From: Phoronis australis
Taxonomy: Eukaryota; Animalia; Phoronida
DNA: 64,000 nucleotides
Assembly (NCBI GenBank): GCA_002633005.1
Contig: NMRA01000112.1
Location: 626,659 to 690,658 of the forward strand
Direction of reading: 5' to 3'
Part shown: one piece after another, positions 14,101 to 26,674 of the stretch
Numbering within the stretch: position 1 is the first letter of the stretch
How the letters are laid out: every line of letters starts with the position of its first letter
Notes under the pieces: generated by a model
What the model saw: only the letters and a program-made list of their open reading frames with translations
Databases searched by the model: none
What the model was told of the DNA's origin: nothing
Made by a program: the position numbers and the translations under genes

Positions 14101-17100
14101 TTGACACCTTAATATCCAAGGAGTTGAGCTTCCTTCTGTAATTATCCTAATTTCCTGACTAGATACTCATTTGTTGACATGTCCACTGTTATCCAGGCAA
14201 TGAGTACATGGCTGTTGTTGAATACGCCCCCTATCAGAAAGTGCCTAAAAGTAAACCCAGGAAAGCAGATTCACGAAAAAACACACTAGAAGAAGGTAAT
14301 TGCATTTCTAAGGTAATGTGTTACCTTTGTTACCAATAATCGAATTTCTTACAAAGTTTTTAACCCATACATCTATATCGTTTGTAAAATCGTTGATGAT
14401 CACAGAACCTTATGTGCACGAAAACAATGTCCAGATGTTTGTAATCACATCTCTAAAACAACTTGAGTTTTACAGACTGTCAAATTTTCTAAAAACCCAT
14501 ACAATTTTTCGCACAAAACTTGCAAATTCTGTTTCTCTAGTCTATTAGCTTGAAAGTTTTTGTAGGATTTGTTTGTAGGAAAGCCTTTTAGCCTGAGAGT
14601 TTGGCTGTCAAATATCAAAGATTTTTTTTCAGGTAATGTTAACATGTTCATTTTGACAGCTGTGTTGTCAAGATCAAAAGTCTTTAAAAGGAAACCCCAG
14701 AAATCCTTTTTATTTAATATAGTAAAGAAACAGAAGTGATTGTGTTTGAAAATCTTGACGATCTTCATGTTGCATTATTAAGCTAGCAGTGGCAGCATAG
14801 AAAAGCTCACAATATTTACGCTTTTGACTTTGTCAGTCCTTTCAAACAGTGTCCAAAATGTCTGACAGGCTCAACCAGGATATATTACATAACAGTGTGG
14901 TAACAATTAAAAGTTGCATTAGGAAAATGCTACTGTAAAACAATTGAGATTATCCTATAATGCTAGTGACAGCCACTGGTACAACACATTCTCTACATAC
15001 TGGAGGGCATATCTAACATTACAAAAGATGCATCTGATAGCATCAAGGTCTCTAGGTGCCAGTGGTGCATCTTGTGTATCTACACATAGCATGGTAACAT
15101 AAATATACATTATTGCAATCTACACAAGAGCTGGCGCAACTGATGATTTCTTAAAAAAATGCTATCGCACTGATTACGAACATTCAGGTATTATTTTTGT
15201 ACACGCAAGATCATCTGTGATCATCAAGTTAGTTTTATGGATCTATTTCTAATTCTTTAGAACTTGTTTCAAAATTTTAATCTTTGGTAACAAAGGTATG
15301 CCTATATTATCATTTATTTGGTTTTAGTCTTTAGTCTAATGATCCTATGCAGTGCCTGCCATCTGATGTTTTAGTCTTGTTCAGTCTAATAATCCTATTC
15401 AGTGCTATCTGATATTTTAGTCTTGTTCAGTCTAATAATCCTATTTAGTGTTATCTGATGTTTTAGTCTTGTTTAGTCTAATAACCCTATTCAGTGCTAT
15501 CTGATATTTTAGTGTTGTTCAGTCTAATAATCCTATTTAGTGTTATCTGATGTTCTAGTCTTGTTTAGTCCACTGACACTATTCACTGCTATCTGATGTT
15601 TTAATCTAGTGATCATATCCAGTGCTATTATATGTGTTGTTTAGTCTTGTTTAGTCTAATAACCCTATCCAATGTTATCTCATACATTGTCTAGGAGCTG
15701 AGGAAGGAATTACAGCATCAAAGGCTTCTGATGATTTTCGGTTCTAGAACAAACGTGACTTAAAAGCTGGTTGTATGCATGTTCAACAAGTATAATAATG
15801 GGTATTTTAAGATGATCTTTTTGTCAGGGTGACTGTCATGTACATGAAAATTACCGTAAATCATTATGGTTTTGTGAATTTTTCCAGGTATTATGTTTGT
15901 CCACACTTTCTGAGCAACATTTGTGCTTGGTTGAATGCTCACAGGCTCTACAATCTGTAGCTTCCAGCTGAGAGGAAACAAATTTGAGTTTATTGAACAC
16001 ACCAAAGTGCCTTCTCCCATCTTCTCTTAATATGTGGTACAGTTCCTGAACATTGTAATATAAATATGATTTAAATTTTGCCTTACTTAATAAGTTGCAT
16101 TATATTTCCTGAAGAATGCTAAAAGCTTGCAAGTGAAACATCCCGATGTAAAATGATACCAAAAGTGAGCCTGAATTGGAATGACTTTGAAATATTTCCA
16201 TTATGTAATACCGTTATGNATCCAGTGCTATTATATGTGTTGTTTAGTCTTGTTTAGTCTAATTACCCTATCCAATGTTATCTCATACATTGTCTAGGAG
16301 CTGAGGAAGGAATTACAGCATTAAAGGCTTCTGATGATTTTCGGTTCTAGAACAAACGTGACTTAAAAGCTGGTTGTATGCATGTTCAACAAGTATAATA
16401 ATGGGTATTTTAAGATGATCTTTTTGTCAGGGTGACTGTCATGTACATGAAAATTACCGTAAATCATTATGGCTTTGTGAATTTTTCCAGGTATTATGTT
16501 TGTCCACACTTTCTGAGCAACATTTGTGCTTGGTTGAATGCTCACAGGCTCTACAATCTGTAGCTTCCAGCTGAGAGGAAACAAATTTGAGTTTATTGAA
16601 CACACCAAAGTGCCTTCTCCCATCTTCTCTTAATATGTAGTACAGTTCCTGAACATTGTAATATAAATAGGATTTAAATTTTGCCTTACTTAATAAGTTG
16701 CATTATATTTCCTGAAGAATGCTAAAAGCTTGCAAGTGAAACATCCCGATGTAAAATGATACCAAAAGTGAGCCTGAATTGGAATGACTTTGAAATATTT
16801 CCATTATGTAATACCGTTATGTAATACCATTATACAGACTAATTTTAATGTTGAAAACGGTGCCACAGTTTTCCCATTCATCTGAGCCTTGTGAAATGCT
16901 TAAGATTTTGGGTGTCAAAAGTTGTGCTATCTCTCGAATCATCATGCTTTTGAAGGTGGTAGTTTGTAAAGATTGTTATTGTAGTACCACATTCACTGTC
17001 TGGGTCATTTCAGACAGTGATTACTTGAAATTCTTGGACAACCTCAAACAGGAAGTAGAAACGCCATCCATTAACAGTGTGTTGGAGGAGATTGAAGCCA

Positions 17101-20100
17101 GAGAGAAAGGTTTGTGGTCTTCTGTGTTGATAACTTCAATGATTTAGGTGGCAGTTTTATTTCATAATAATATTATAATGATGGCGATGGTAGGCCCGCT
17201 TAATATAAACCACAGTAATGTTTCGAATTATGTTGTACTGATAAGTGAGATATTCCATTATGTGGGTTCTGACTTGGCACTGATCGTAACCACTATAATT
17301 ATAAGCTGACCCTGTAGAGTAGAGACTGTCGGAGAAAGACAACCATTCACGAAAGGACTGATTTTTACCCCCAGCACCGAATTCCTTTAAGGCAGATATG
17401 AATTCATTCAGAAGATGAATTAAGTTTGTTTATACATAGAAAAGCGAAGATACGTAATGTGAATGAACAGATGAGAATCAGTTTTTCTGATTTTGCAGTG
17501 ATAATATCCGGCACTGCTCCGATAATTCATGACAGTATGCTAATTGTTTTAAAGGTATATTTTTCTTTTTTTTGACATTTTATGACAATAACCAGGTTAT
17601 TCTACTATCCAGTATTACAATCAGTGACCTGCACTGTAGTATTGGTGACAGTAACAGTGCTGATGATGTCATTCATCAGATTCCAGTCTTAAATTGTGTC
17701 ATAGTTGAGTAAGGGGGACTCGTTACCTTTACAGAGATGAGTTCGCGTGGTACTACACCTTTAATTGAGTTCATCAAGAGGAGAAAGGAGGAGAGAAGAG
17801 CTTCACAGATGGTAGGTAACATGAAAGACATTATCACTCATCCAGGTGGTAACAAGATGGATGTTGTCACTCATAGGGGTGACTCTGGTGCTTGAGGCGA
17901 AATTGAATTCATGTAAATTAAAATGTCTGGAACTTATGTTGGAAAATTTCCATGTAAGTTCCAGAAGTTTTGATTTATTATTTTTGCATCAGATTGTATG
18001 TAAACTTTGCTGATGAAGCCACTGCTGTCCCTCTCAGGTAAAGAGAGCTGTGAATTCATCAGCCTTATGAGACAATCCACGGGGTTGTAGTTTTAGTCAG
18101 TCTTTTGTTAATATGTCGATTGAGCCGTTTTCTTCAGATCTTTAAGAACAGTATTATAATTCTCGGTTCTGATGCCATATCATTGCATTAAGTAGTATTG
18201 AACTGGGGCTAATGTGGGTATATTTTGAGAAAGTTAGCGGTGCTATCATATAATTTTTGTCGCTTTTGTCTGTTCTTGCTAATGCCATCAAAACATGATT
18301 TGACACAGACTAGAACTGCAAAATGCTATCAGCTGATTGGTCAATGTGTACACAGATTAAGGTACTTTGTTAATGATACCTGCTCACATGCTATTACCGA
18401 CTACATCAAAGGAAAGCTTAGTCGTAACTGACTTGCTTACAGAAAGCGCGAGAAGAGAGGCGGAGAAAAGATGAAGAGAAACGAAGAAAAGATGAAGAGC
18501 GACGGCGGAGGGAGAAGGTCAAGGTCAGTAAATTGATGCATTGTGACCCTGCTGACATTTGGTTAGGTGAAGGCAAAATGAATGCAAGACATATTAGGCT
18601 GTGCTAGGTAATTTTGTAATCCTGAAACTTGCCAAAACAAAACTGTGTTTTTGTGGAGAGTTTGGTTTTGAACCTGTGGCAATGTTCACCATCGCTAAGC
18701 ATGGCAGCTTTGATTTATTTTTGCCCTACACTGTCATCCAATGCAGAAGTCTGGCCAGTTTCTCTGTCACACACTGAGACTTTACACTCATTCTTATGGA
18801 TGTTAAAGGTTGTCCAAGGTGCAGCTATCTTTGCAACGGGTCTCAAGCCCTGCTGTCTTTTCAAATGCTACGTTTCTAATGAAAATGAGAACCATATTAG
18901 GATAATGACTCCTATATAAAATGTCTATGGATCCCTGGGACAGGAAGAGACAACAGTTGCTATAATAATAGGCTGTATTTTGTACTGACAGGTTTTAAAG
19001 CCTTCTGAACAAAATAAGAGCAGAGACAACGAAAAGGAGAAAAACCGAGAAACTGATGACAATACTGAGAAAAAACGAGAGGACGTGGAAAAACGTAAAG
19101 AGGCGGATAGGAAGAAAGCTCGTGATGACGATCGTAGGCGAGGGTCAAGAGGCAACAGGTTTTAACATGGGTTTTTAAAAAGTTAATGTAGCAACAAAAT
19201 TTTGCTAGCTTCGTTGAAGTTGTGGTAGACACCAACAAGGAAATCAGATAAAAAATAATGATGGTGATGATGATTTGAAAATTTGCCGGAAAGTTTTTCT
19301 TCAAAATTTCGTCCATATTCAAACAAATATCAACTTTTTGGAAGTTTTTTAGATGAGGATTTATGAAGGCGATTTGAGAAGTGCCTTTGACATAGCTGTT
19401 TATGATGCATATCTTATTGAGATTAATAATTTAATGTCAGACTTTCAATCTCCCTGTTTGGCCTAATTCATGTCATATACCCACGTAGCAGTAATTAGGT
19501 CAAGTATCAATCGCAAAGATTGACTCAATTGGAATGATGGATCAAAACTGATCGAATGTCATGTTCTCATTTCAGGGAAAAAGATCGTGCCAGCAACAGA
19601 TATGATGATGATGAAAGGTAACTTCTTCATGCAGCAGAACTTAATTGTTACTGTTTGAAAGCATTAGTTGTGTACCTTTGACAGTTGTGATCAACGTTAT
19701 GTAATGTGGGCAGGAGGCATCATTACAATGAAAATTAATTAGTTAATGATAATTTATTCTTCTTGTTGTGGATTAGTCTGCACAGTGAATTACTGGGTGT
19801 TATGCGTTCCTTCAAGATTTGTATGCGTAACCCTTTTACTAATTGCATTCTTCACCAGTGCAGCGGAGCTTGTAGGTAAAACCAGTAGCTAGAGACACCA
19901 AGTCCTCAAAGATACTGTGATAATATTCTGTTTCTGTCTACTGTAGATCAAATAAAGACAAGAGAAGACCAAGACCTGAAGTAAGGCATGCATGGTGAAT
20001 CGACTTGTTTGACCAACACTGAAATAGTAACTGCTGTCGTTGAGATGCTTGTGATTTTATTTTCTGATGCGAAACAATTTTTATACCTCCTTCCCCAGAT

Positions 20101-22510
20101 GAACTGAATTATGGGCACACTCTTTTACTTTCATTAAAACAGTGGAACACATGGTCGGGACCCTTTAAGTGTGCAGGAGATTTAACCTCAGGCAGTTCTG
20201 TTTTTCAATGCGTGTTCTTAGCAGCCTGGGGTAAAAATTGCATGTTTCATGAGGAGGCAGTGTGGCCCAGTGAGTTGAGGGTCTGCCTCCTGTTCACAAG
20301 GTTGTTGGTTCAATCCCACTAGACCTTACTGCTAGACCCTTGAGTCAGGTCTCTAGCTCCTCAGCTCAGTCTTAATTTGTGTATATGCCTAGGTATATTA
20401 TAGGTGTACATTTGTGAAAAATGGTTTCAGATGTGACTAGGAAATAGTTTGGTTTGTGTATTTATGGGAAAGCCATGCTATAAAAACATTATGTATCAAT
20501 AAATTTAACGTGGGTGTAAATTTAATTGATTTAGGCCCTTGTTATTCTAGCAAAACTACAAACTGTGTTGATTGAGATTGTGGAATTACTGCTGCATGCA
20601 CTTTGATTAAAAGATACATTCAGCGAAATATTTCTTGAATTTTAAAATCGTTTCTTATGAATGCCATTCCATCTACTCTTCACAAAAGGCTACCCCATGA
20701 CTTTTTCTCAATTTAAACTTTCAGGGTGTTTACTGGTATGAATAAGACGATATGTAACGAGACTGCAACATATTTGCAACAGCACACACATTGCACATCA
20801 GTGATGACCATTCAACAGTCTTTTACCTATGTGCGGAATCAAATTGAATTATTGATGTCAATCAAAGTGATGAGTTTAAACATGAGCGTGTGATGACCAG
20901 CTGCTATTCTCGCCATCACTCTCGAGTGTCATTCATTGGTCTGGGTATCAGACGCGATATGTTTATCTCGTGTTGCTAAAATTGTGTTTATATCCAAAGC
21001 ACATGATGTTGCAAAATCATTAAGGTTTGTAAAAACATGAGGTCAGTGATATTTTTCTGCACACCAGGTTAAGGAGTCGTCCAAAAAGTTTCCAAAAGAT
21101 GCCCCGTCATCAGCCAGTTCCCGCACATCTTCTGCCCAAGAAAAAGGAAGTAAAAATAAGGAGGCAAAGGAACCTGACAGGAAACCAGAGGACAGCAAGC
21201 AGGCAAACAAGTCAAAAACTAGTTCTGAATCCTCTGCTGGTACCAAAAAGGAAGTTGTCAAAGAGCAGACGAAGACTGATGCTAAAAACACAAATGTCGC
21301 TATAGACAAAAAAGAAGATAATTTGACTGTGAAAACTACTGCAAGTAAACAGGACGCTGGGTCTACTCAGAGTGATACAGCTAAAAGTAGTGCCAAAGAA
21401 GGTGCTCAAGAAAATGTTGATGAGAAACAGAGCAAAGAGGCTCCACAGAAAAGAGTGCGATATAAAGTGAGTGGAAAGCCTTTGAAAGTAGTTCTCAAGG
21501 AAATTGTTGAACATTTGGACTGTGAAATTTTAGGCTAATGATCAGACTCAAAACTTCTATTGATTAAAGGTTGCTGGGATGTTTTTACTGTTGCCCAAAT
21601 TTTCAAAATTCTACTTTGAAATGCCCATGCTGGTTTATACGTTCACTCATAATTTGTGCTGTCAGAACTTGGTTCTTACTTTCATCAAGGGTGCAAATTG
21701 ACCTCATATTTTGACCTTTGATCATTATCCAGCTGGCGCTGATGCCCCAAGTTGTAGGCACAGTACAAGTCAAAAAGTATTCTTTTGGACAAAGTGACCT
21801 GGAATTTCCCCATCATGACGGCTGGTCGAAAGCCAAATTTATTGACAGAGTAGTCTTCCCTCTACCGAGAATGGGGGCGGGGGGGGGGGGGATTTTCAAG
21901 AAAATTAGTAAGGTGGCTAAGCCATTCTGTGGTTAGAAGTTTTGTCACCCTAACACTTATTTCCAATTACTTGTTCTGTTACCAGAATTAGCCGTCATGA
22001 CGGGAAAACGGTATTTTGTTTGATTACGTCTGTCTTGTACTGCATGGTTTTGTCCGATTACTTTTGTCTTGTACTGTATGTTTTTTCCGATTACTTTTGT
22101 CTTGTACTGTATGGTTTTATCCGATTACTTTTGTCTTGTACTGTATGTTTTTTTCCGATTACTTTTGTCTACAGTCTTGTACTGTATGGTTTCCTGCTGA
22201 GTTCAGACGTTTCATTCAATTTAATTTGTGAACAGTTTATTTGCACAAATTGACCATTGACGACTTCGGTAAACAACCACCCAGAGCTTCGATATATTTT
22301 GTTTTAATGCTCATATTTTGATTAATGCCTCCCTCCCTGATTATTGAGTTTCTATAAGCACCCGAGACATAAACCCAGTATTTTTTAATTATTTCTTATT
22401 AAAATAATGGTCTAATTCATTTTCAGGATCGGCCAGAACGTGCCATTTACGTCCCCGGTCAGAGAAGAAGAGAACAGCAGCAGAAAGCACAACAGAAAAG
22501 TAGTGAATAA
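11163..22510 (+). CDS. UPF3: Regulator of nonsense transcripts 3 (NMD factor UPF3), 12 coding exons: 11163-11240, 12429-12535, 12889-12995, 14197-14295, 17014-17109, 17735-17811, 18443-18523, 18992-19158, 19576-19617, 19947-19980, 21068-21466, 22427-22510 (about 456 aa)
   Basis: RRM-like UPF2-binding domain (KIVVRHLPP...QAYFNF...FQEKFDGYTFIDTKGNEYMAVVEYAPYQKVPK), D-S-D-Y-L-K-F-L, TTPLIEFIK, a charged K/E/R/D region and the C-terminal EJC-binding motif RVRYKDRPERAIYVPG. Exon phases are consistent and introns are GT-AG. The low-complexity middle exons are less certain. Confidence 0.93.
11432..12523. repeat. Duplication 11432-11949 / 12018-12523 across the N at 11950, including a truncated extra copy of UPF3 exon 2 (11855-11949)
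   Basis: Near-identical copies with small indels. Copy 1 stops at the N. Confidence 0.9.
11951..12017 (+). mobile_element. Helitron 3' end
   Basis: Subterminal hairpin CACC-TT-GCCG-CTCA-TGGC-T-GGTG about 10 nt before a terminal CTAG followed by T. The other copy of the flank has an empty A|T site at 11431/11432. Confidence 0.6.
15322..15680. repeat. Minisatellite, about 46-bp unit
   Basis: Repeated CTGATGTTTTAGTCTTGTTCAGTCTAATAATCCTATTCAGTGCTAT with variation inside units. Confidence 0.9.
15617..16821. repeat. 602-bp tandem duplication across the N at 16219
   Basis: 15617-16218 vs 16220-16821 differ by a few SNPs. This explains the twin 86-aa ORFs. Confidence 0.95.
20254..20372 (+). mobile_element. 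tRNA-derived SINE head (degenerate) in UPF3 intron 10
   Basis: A-box-like TGGCCCAGTGAG and B-box GGTTCAATCCC at tRNA-like spacing, followed by a CCCTTGAG body motif. No intact cloverleaf. Confidence 0.5.
22020..22192. repeat. Minisatellite, about 34-bp unit, about 5 copies
   Basis: Repeated TCCGATTACTTTTGTCTTGTACTGTATG(G/T)TTTT. Confidence 0.9.
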
Positions 22511-23958
22511 AACTGGATGGAAGAGCAAGTGATTGACGAGTCACCTTTAGAAGAAATCCCTAAAACACAATATACTCCCAGCTCAAATTTGAATGTGTTT
22601 TTGTAACAGTAACACAATTTTGTTTCAACTGGGTTTTTTCAGTTATTTGCTGATGCCAGTCACCACTTCTTGTATATGATCTCGCCTTTAGACACACAAT
22701 CTTCTTAACCATTGAGGTGCAAATTCAGTGCAAGCATGCCCATCAGGCAGGTAAAATTGTTAAATTTTGGACAGCTTGGTGCCCTCCAGTTCTTGCAAAC
22801 ATAAACATAAGCTCCTCTGTTTATCCCAACTGCGGTTCATCCCAATCTCTGGATCTTCTTGTCCTTGGACATGTAATTTCTCTCCACTCAATTTCAACTG
22901 TGGTATGCTTAATGACTTTACAGGATTGCAGGCATGGATCCTGGAGAATTACTGACAAAGAGGGACTGAGCAAAGGTGTCTGTCAGTGGTCAGTTGTATG
23001 AAACTGTTCCAATAGTGGCTCTACATGTGTGTTCCCTAAATTTTGTCACAGTTGTGGACACACTATTTTATCTTCATTACTATGTCAAATTTTAAATGAT
23101 ACACACGGAAAGTTAAACTATGGAATGCATTCTCAGTATTACTGAATATGAATAGAGACCTTTTCAGGCAATGACCTTAATTTAAGGACCTGGTCCCTGT
23201 TTGTCATACATATTAGAACATGCCATAAGTAAAATAGGAGCTCACAGCAAAGATGTGATGGAAAAATGAAACTGTTGGTGACTAAACAAAGTATACATTC
23301 AAATGCACTGAAAACCTAGGGAACATAGTGGAGTCCTACTGGGACTGTTTCATGGAAATGACCCCAATACACCCCCACTGAGTTACAACAAAATGTCTTT
23401 AATATAGGGTAGTTTTGTCTTGGACTGAATTTTTGAAATATTTTATCAACAGGGAGGACATTTTTCTTGATGAAAGCAGTGAGTAATGCACTAAATAAGC
23501 AATTCTTTGTTATTAAACAAAAACTTACAATGTTTTAAAATCATTATTAGCAGGCAAGAACTTTCCAATATGCAAAGTTTAGGACTTCTCTGCAAAAAGT
23601 AAGTTGTGCTGTAAATTTTTTGTAACCGATCCCATATATTCCCAACATTCAGGCCATTTAGCTACGCAAATGTTAGTTGGATTGCAAAGATGTTTTAATT
23701 ACAATACACAGTACTGTATGAATAAATATGGAAAGATTCATTCAATGTTAATTTTGTCTCTAAGGCAGGTATGTGCAAATATTGACCACGAAGCCCAATC
23801 TGAGCTTCACATTTAGTTTCAACTTCAGTGTATCGGTCTATTTGAGGCGGGTTTAAGTGATTGGCATTATCCTAGTTGCTGTAGAGACGTAATTTATTAA
23901 ACTAGTCGATACTTGTTTCACACATTGCATTGACAGCTGTGGTACTGACAGCGTATGA

Positions 23959-24100
23959 GGTGTTAGTCAAGTGCACCACAATATCATGACTTATTTCACA
24001 GCATTCGAATGGGGTGTTAGTCAAGTGCACCACAATACCATGACTTAATTCACGGCATTCGAATGGGGTGACTTAATTTTCAGCATTCTGCATGGGGTAA
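23959..24100. repeat. About 54-bp tandem repeat, 2 copies plus a partial copy
   Basis: GGTGTTAGTCAAGTGCACCACAATA(T/C)CATGACTTA...GCATTCGAATGGGG repeated. Confidence 0.85.
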
Positions 24101-25322
24101 ATGTAGCAAAAATACATCTCAGTACTTGATTAATAACATTTATTTGGTCTGAATTCCGATGTCTCAATTAAGAAGCACCTTTGAAAAGACAGCACAGAGA
24201 CACAAGCCACTGTTCACATCAGCGACTTGCTATGAGAATATGCAATACGTTTTCACACAAAAATCGTTAGAAGGCAGTGATAAGTGATGAGTGAATTTTC
24301 CAATAAATAGTTTTTGGCATTTTTTCTACATTTGATTCATACTAATGAAGCCATCAAGTGTCAATTTCCCTGACAACCATGTTATGCAGATATGTAAATA
24401 AAACATGTAAATACCTAATGAGGGAGCCACTAGTGTGTCAGTCCACAGCAGTGCAGTAATACAGCCTTCATATGATGTCTGATCAGATGGCAAACCAGAA
24501 GTCCGATTTGATCACAGAACGGGCGTCTTGTTAAATATATGAAATCAAATTCACTCGCAAGCCTTTTTAAAACTATGGTGTGGTCAGACTTCTTGCAAGA
24601 TCAATTTAAATTATCTTGTTATTCAGCAGGCATTTTGAACAGAACTGATCTGTGAAGCATCCAACGGTTCAACTAGTGGTGGTCAATGCAATCCCTATGT
24701 GAAAGCTAGCCACTAACAGCTAATCTGCTTTGTGATCAGGGCTCTGGTCTACCATCCAATAACATTTAGATGTGAATGAAGTATACATGTACACTCTACT
24801 GTTTTATCTCTATAAACATTGAAAATACTAGTAAGGAAATTTCCATTAGTTCATACAGTATAATATACACACAGTTCAATTATCTGCAAATTGTAAATTA
24901 TCATTTAGTTATCATTGTCTTTCTCATTGACTACGAAGTTAGTCTCAAATGCAACTCTTTAAAGACAGTAATATAAATACAATATAAACACCGGTCTAAC
25001 ATTCTTCTCCAACATTAAATTAGTAGCACTGATACTCCAAACCCAATACAAACAAATTCTATGGTGCGACATGGAGTTTCAGCTTCTTCAAACACAATGG
25101 GACGAACTCTCAACACGACTGCATTTCAAACATTTCATGACTTGGAAATTGCATGTCCTGCCCCTTGTGAGATAACCTATAGGAAAACTTGAAATAATTA
25201 TCTACCATATTAATCTGGATTAATGCCCGCTTATTTTTGAAAACGCCAAAACAATGTCATTCATCAACCCCTTAACCTATTATAGTGGGACATTTAGCAC
25301 CACCATCATATCCGAGTGATTT

Positions 25323-26501
25323 GAGCTCCATAACGAAAGCAATTTACTTGTCTGCACATTTTTTAATCTTACCCTTGCAATATTCAATGCATCTACCTAA
25401 TCATGAATCCAAATTAACAAGGTTAATGCCCACTTCCACACGTCAAAATCTTTGACCTTCAAACGTCCATGTTTCACATTCTTGATTTTTGCCATTTAAA
25501 ATGCCATGGGCTGTAATCCAGAAGAATACAGTGATTCGCTGAAGGTCATAGAAAGTTACACACCAAGAGAAATGAAATTAAAAGGCAGGCTTGAAGTTTT
25601 AAAAAAGACGAAAAGGTGACTAGTTTTCCTTAAAGCAAAATTTAAGTTAAATCAAAATTTGTGTAAAGGAAATTCGGTCGAAACTACAAATAATGGTCCT
25701 TATAAGCAATGACTACATGCACCATCAGTTTCGTGTCTTGTTTGACACAACTCGATACTTGTTAAGCACCCAAAGCACTTTAAATTTCCACAACATTGCT
25801 CCAACTTCAGGCAGAGTAACGGATCACTTTGACTGGACATTTTGAAAAAACAGCACGTGACCCTTGGATTTTTGAAGCAAATGTGCTTTCAATTTCACAG
25901 ACATATTGTGCNGAGCTCCATAACGAAAGCAATTTACTTGTCTGCACATTTTTTAATCTTACCCTTGCAATATTCAATGCATCTACCTAATCATGAATCC
26001 AAATTAACAAGGTTAATGCCCACTTCCACACGTCAAAATCTTTGGCCTTCAAACGTCCATGTTTCACATTCTTGATTTTTGCCATTTAAAATGCCATGGG
26101 CTGTAATCCAGAAGAATACAGTGATTCGCTGAAGGTCATATAAAGATACACACCAAGAGAAATGAAATTAAAAGGCAGGCTTGAAGTTTTAAAAAAGACG
26201 AAAAGGTGACTAGTTTTCCTTAAAGCAAAATTTAAGTTAAATCAAAATTTGTGTAAAGGAAATTCGGTCGAAACTACAAATAATGGTCCTTATAAGCAAT
26301 GACTACATGCACCATCAGTTTCGTGTCTTGTTTGACACAACTCGATACTTGTTAAGCACCCAAAGCACTTTAAATTTCCACAACATTGCTCCAACTTCAG
26401 GCAGAGTAACGGATCACTTTGACTGGACATTTTGAAAAAACAGCACGTGACCCTTGGATTTTTGAAGCAAATGTGCTTTCAATTTCACAGACATATTGTG
26501 C
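25323..26501. repeat. 589-bp tandem duplication across the N at 25912
   Basis: 25323-25911 vs 25913-26501 differ by a few SNPs. Confidence 0.95.
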
Positions 26502-26674
26502 AGAAATGCATTTAGAACTTGGGAACATCTCATTCTGAATTGACCCTCTGACCAGTACATAATGACTTTTATTTTTTTATTTTGCTAATATAATAACACA
26601 AATCATAACAAATAAAGAATCCTATTTACAATTTTAAATGTTGATAGTTTCACGATTTTCGAAAACAAGTCCCA

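Noticed and set aside
15760-16623. Twin 86-aa ORFs as duplicated genes
   Set aside because: They are intronic, antisense, show no recognisable motif and arise from the N-flanking duplication.
15322-22192. Minisatellites at 15322-15680 and 22020-22192 as CRISPR arrays
   Set aside because: Head-to-tail units have no unique spacers, lie in eukaryotic introns, and have no cas genes nearby.
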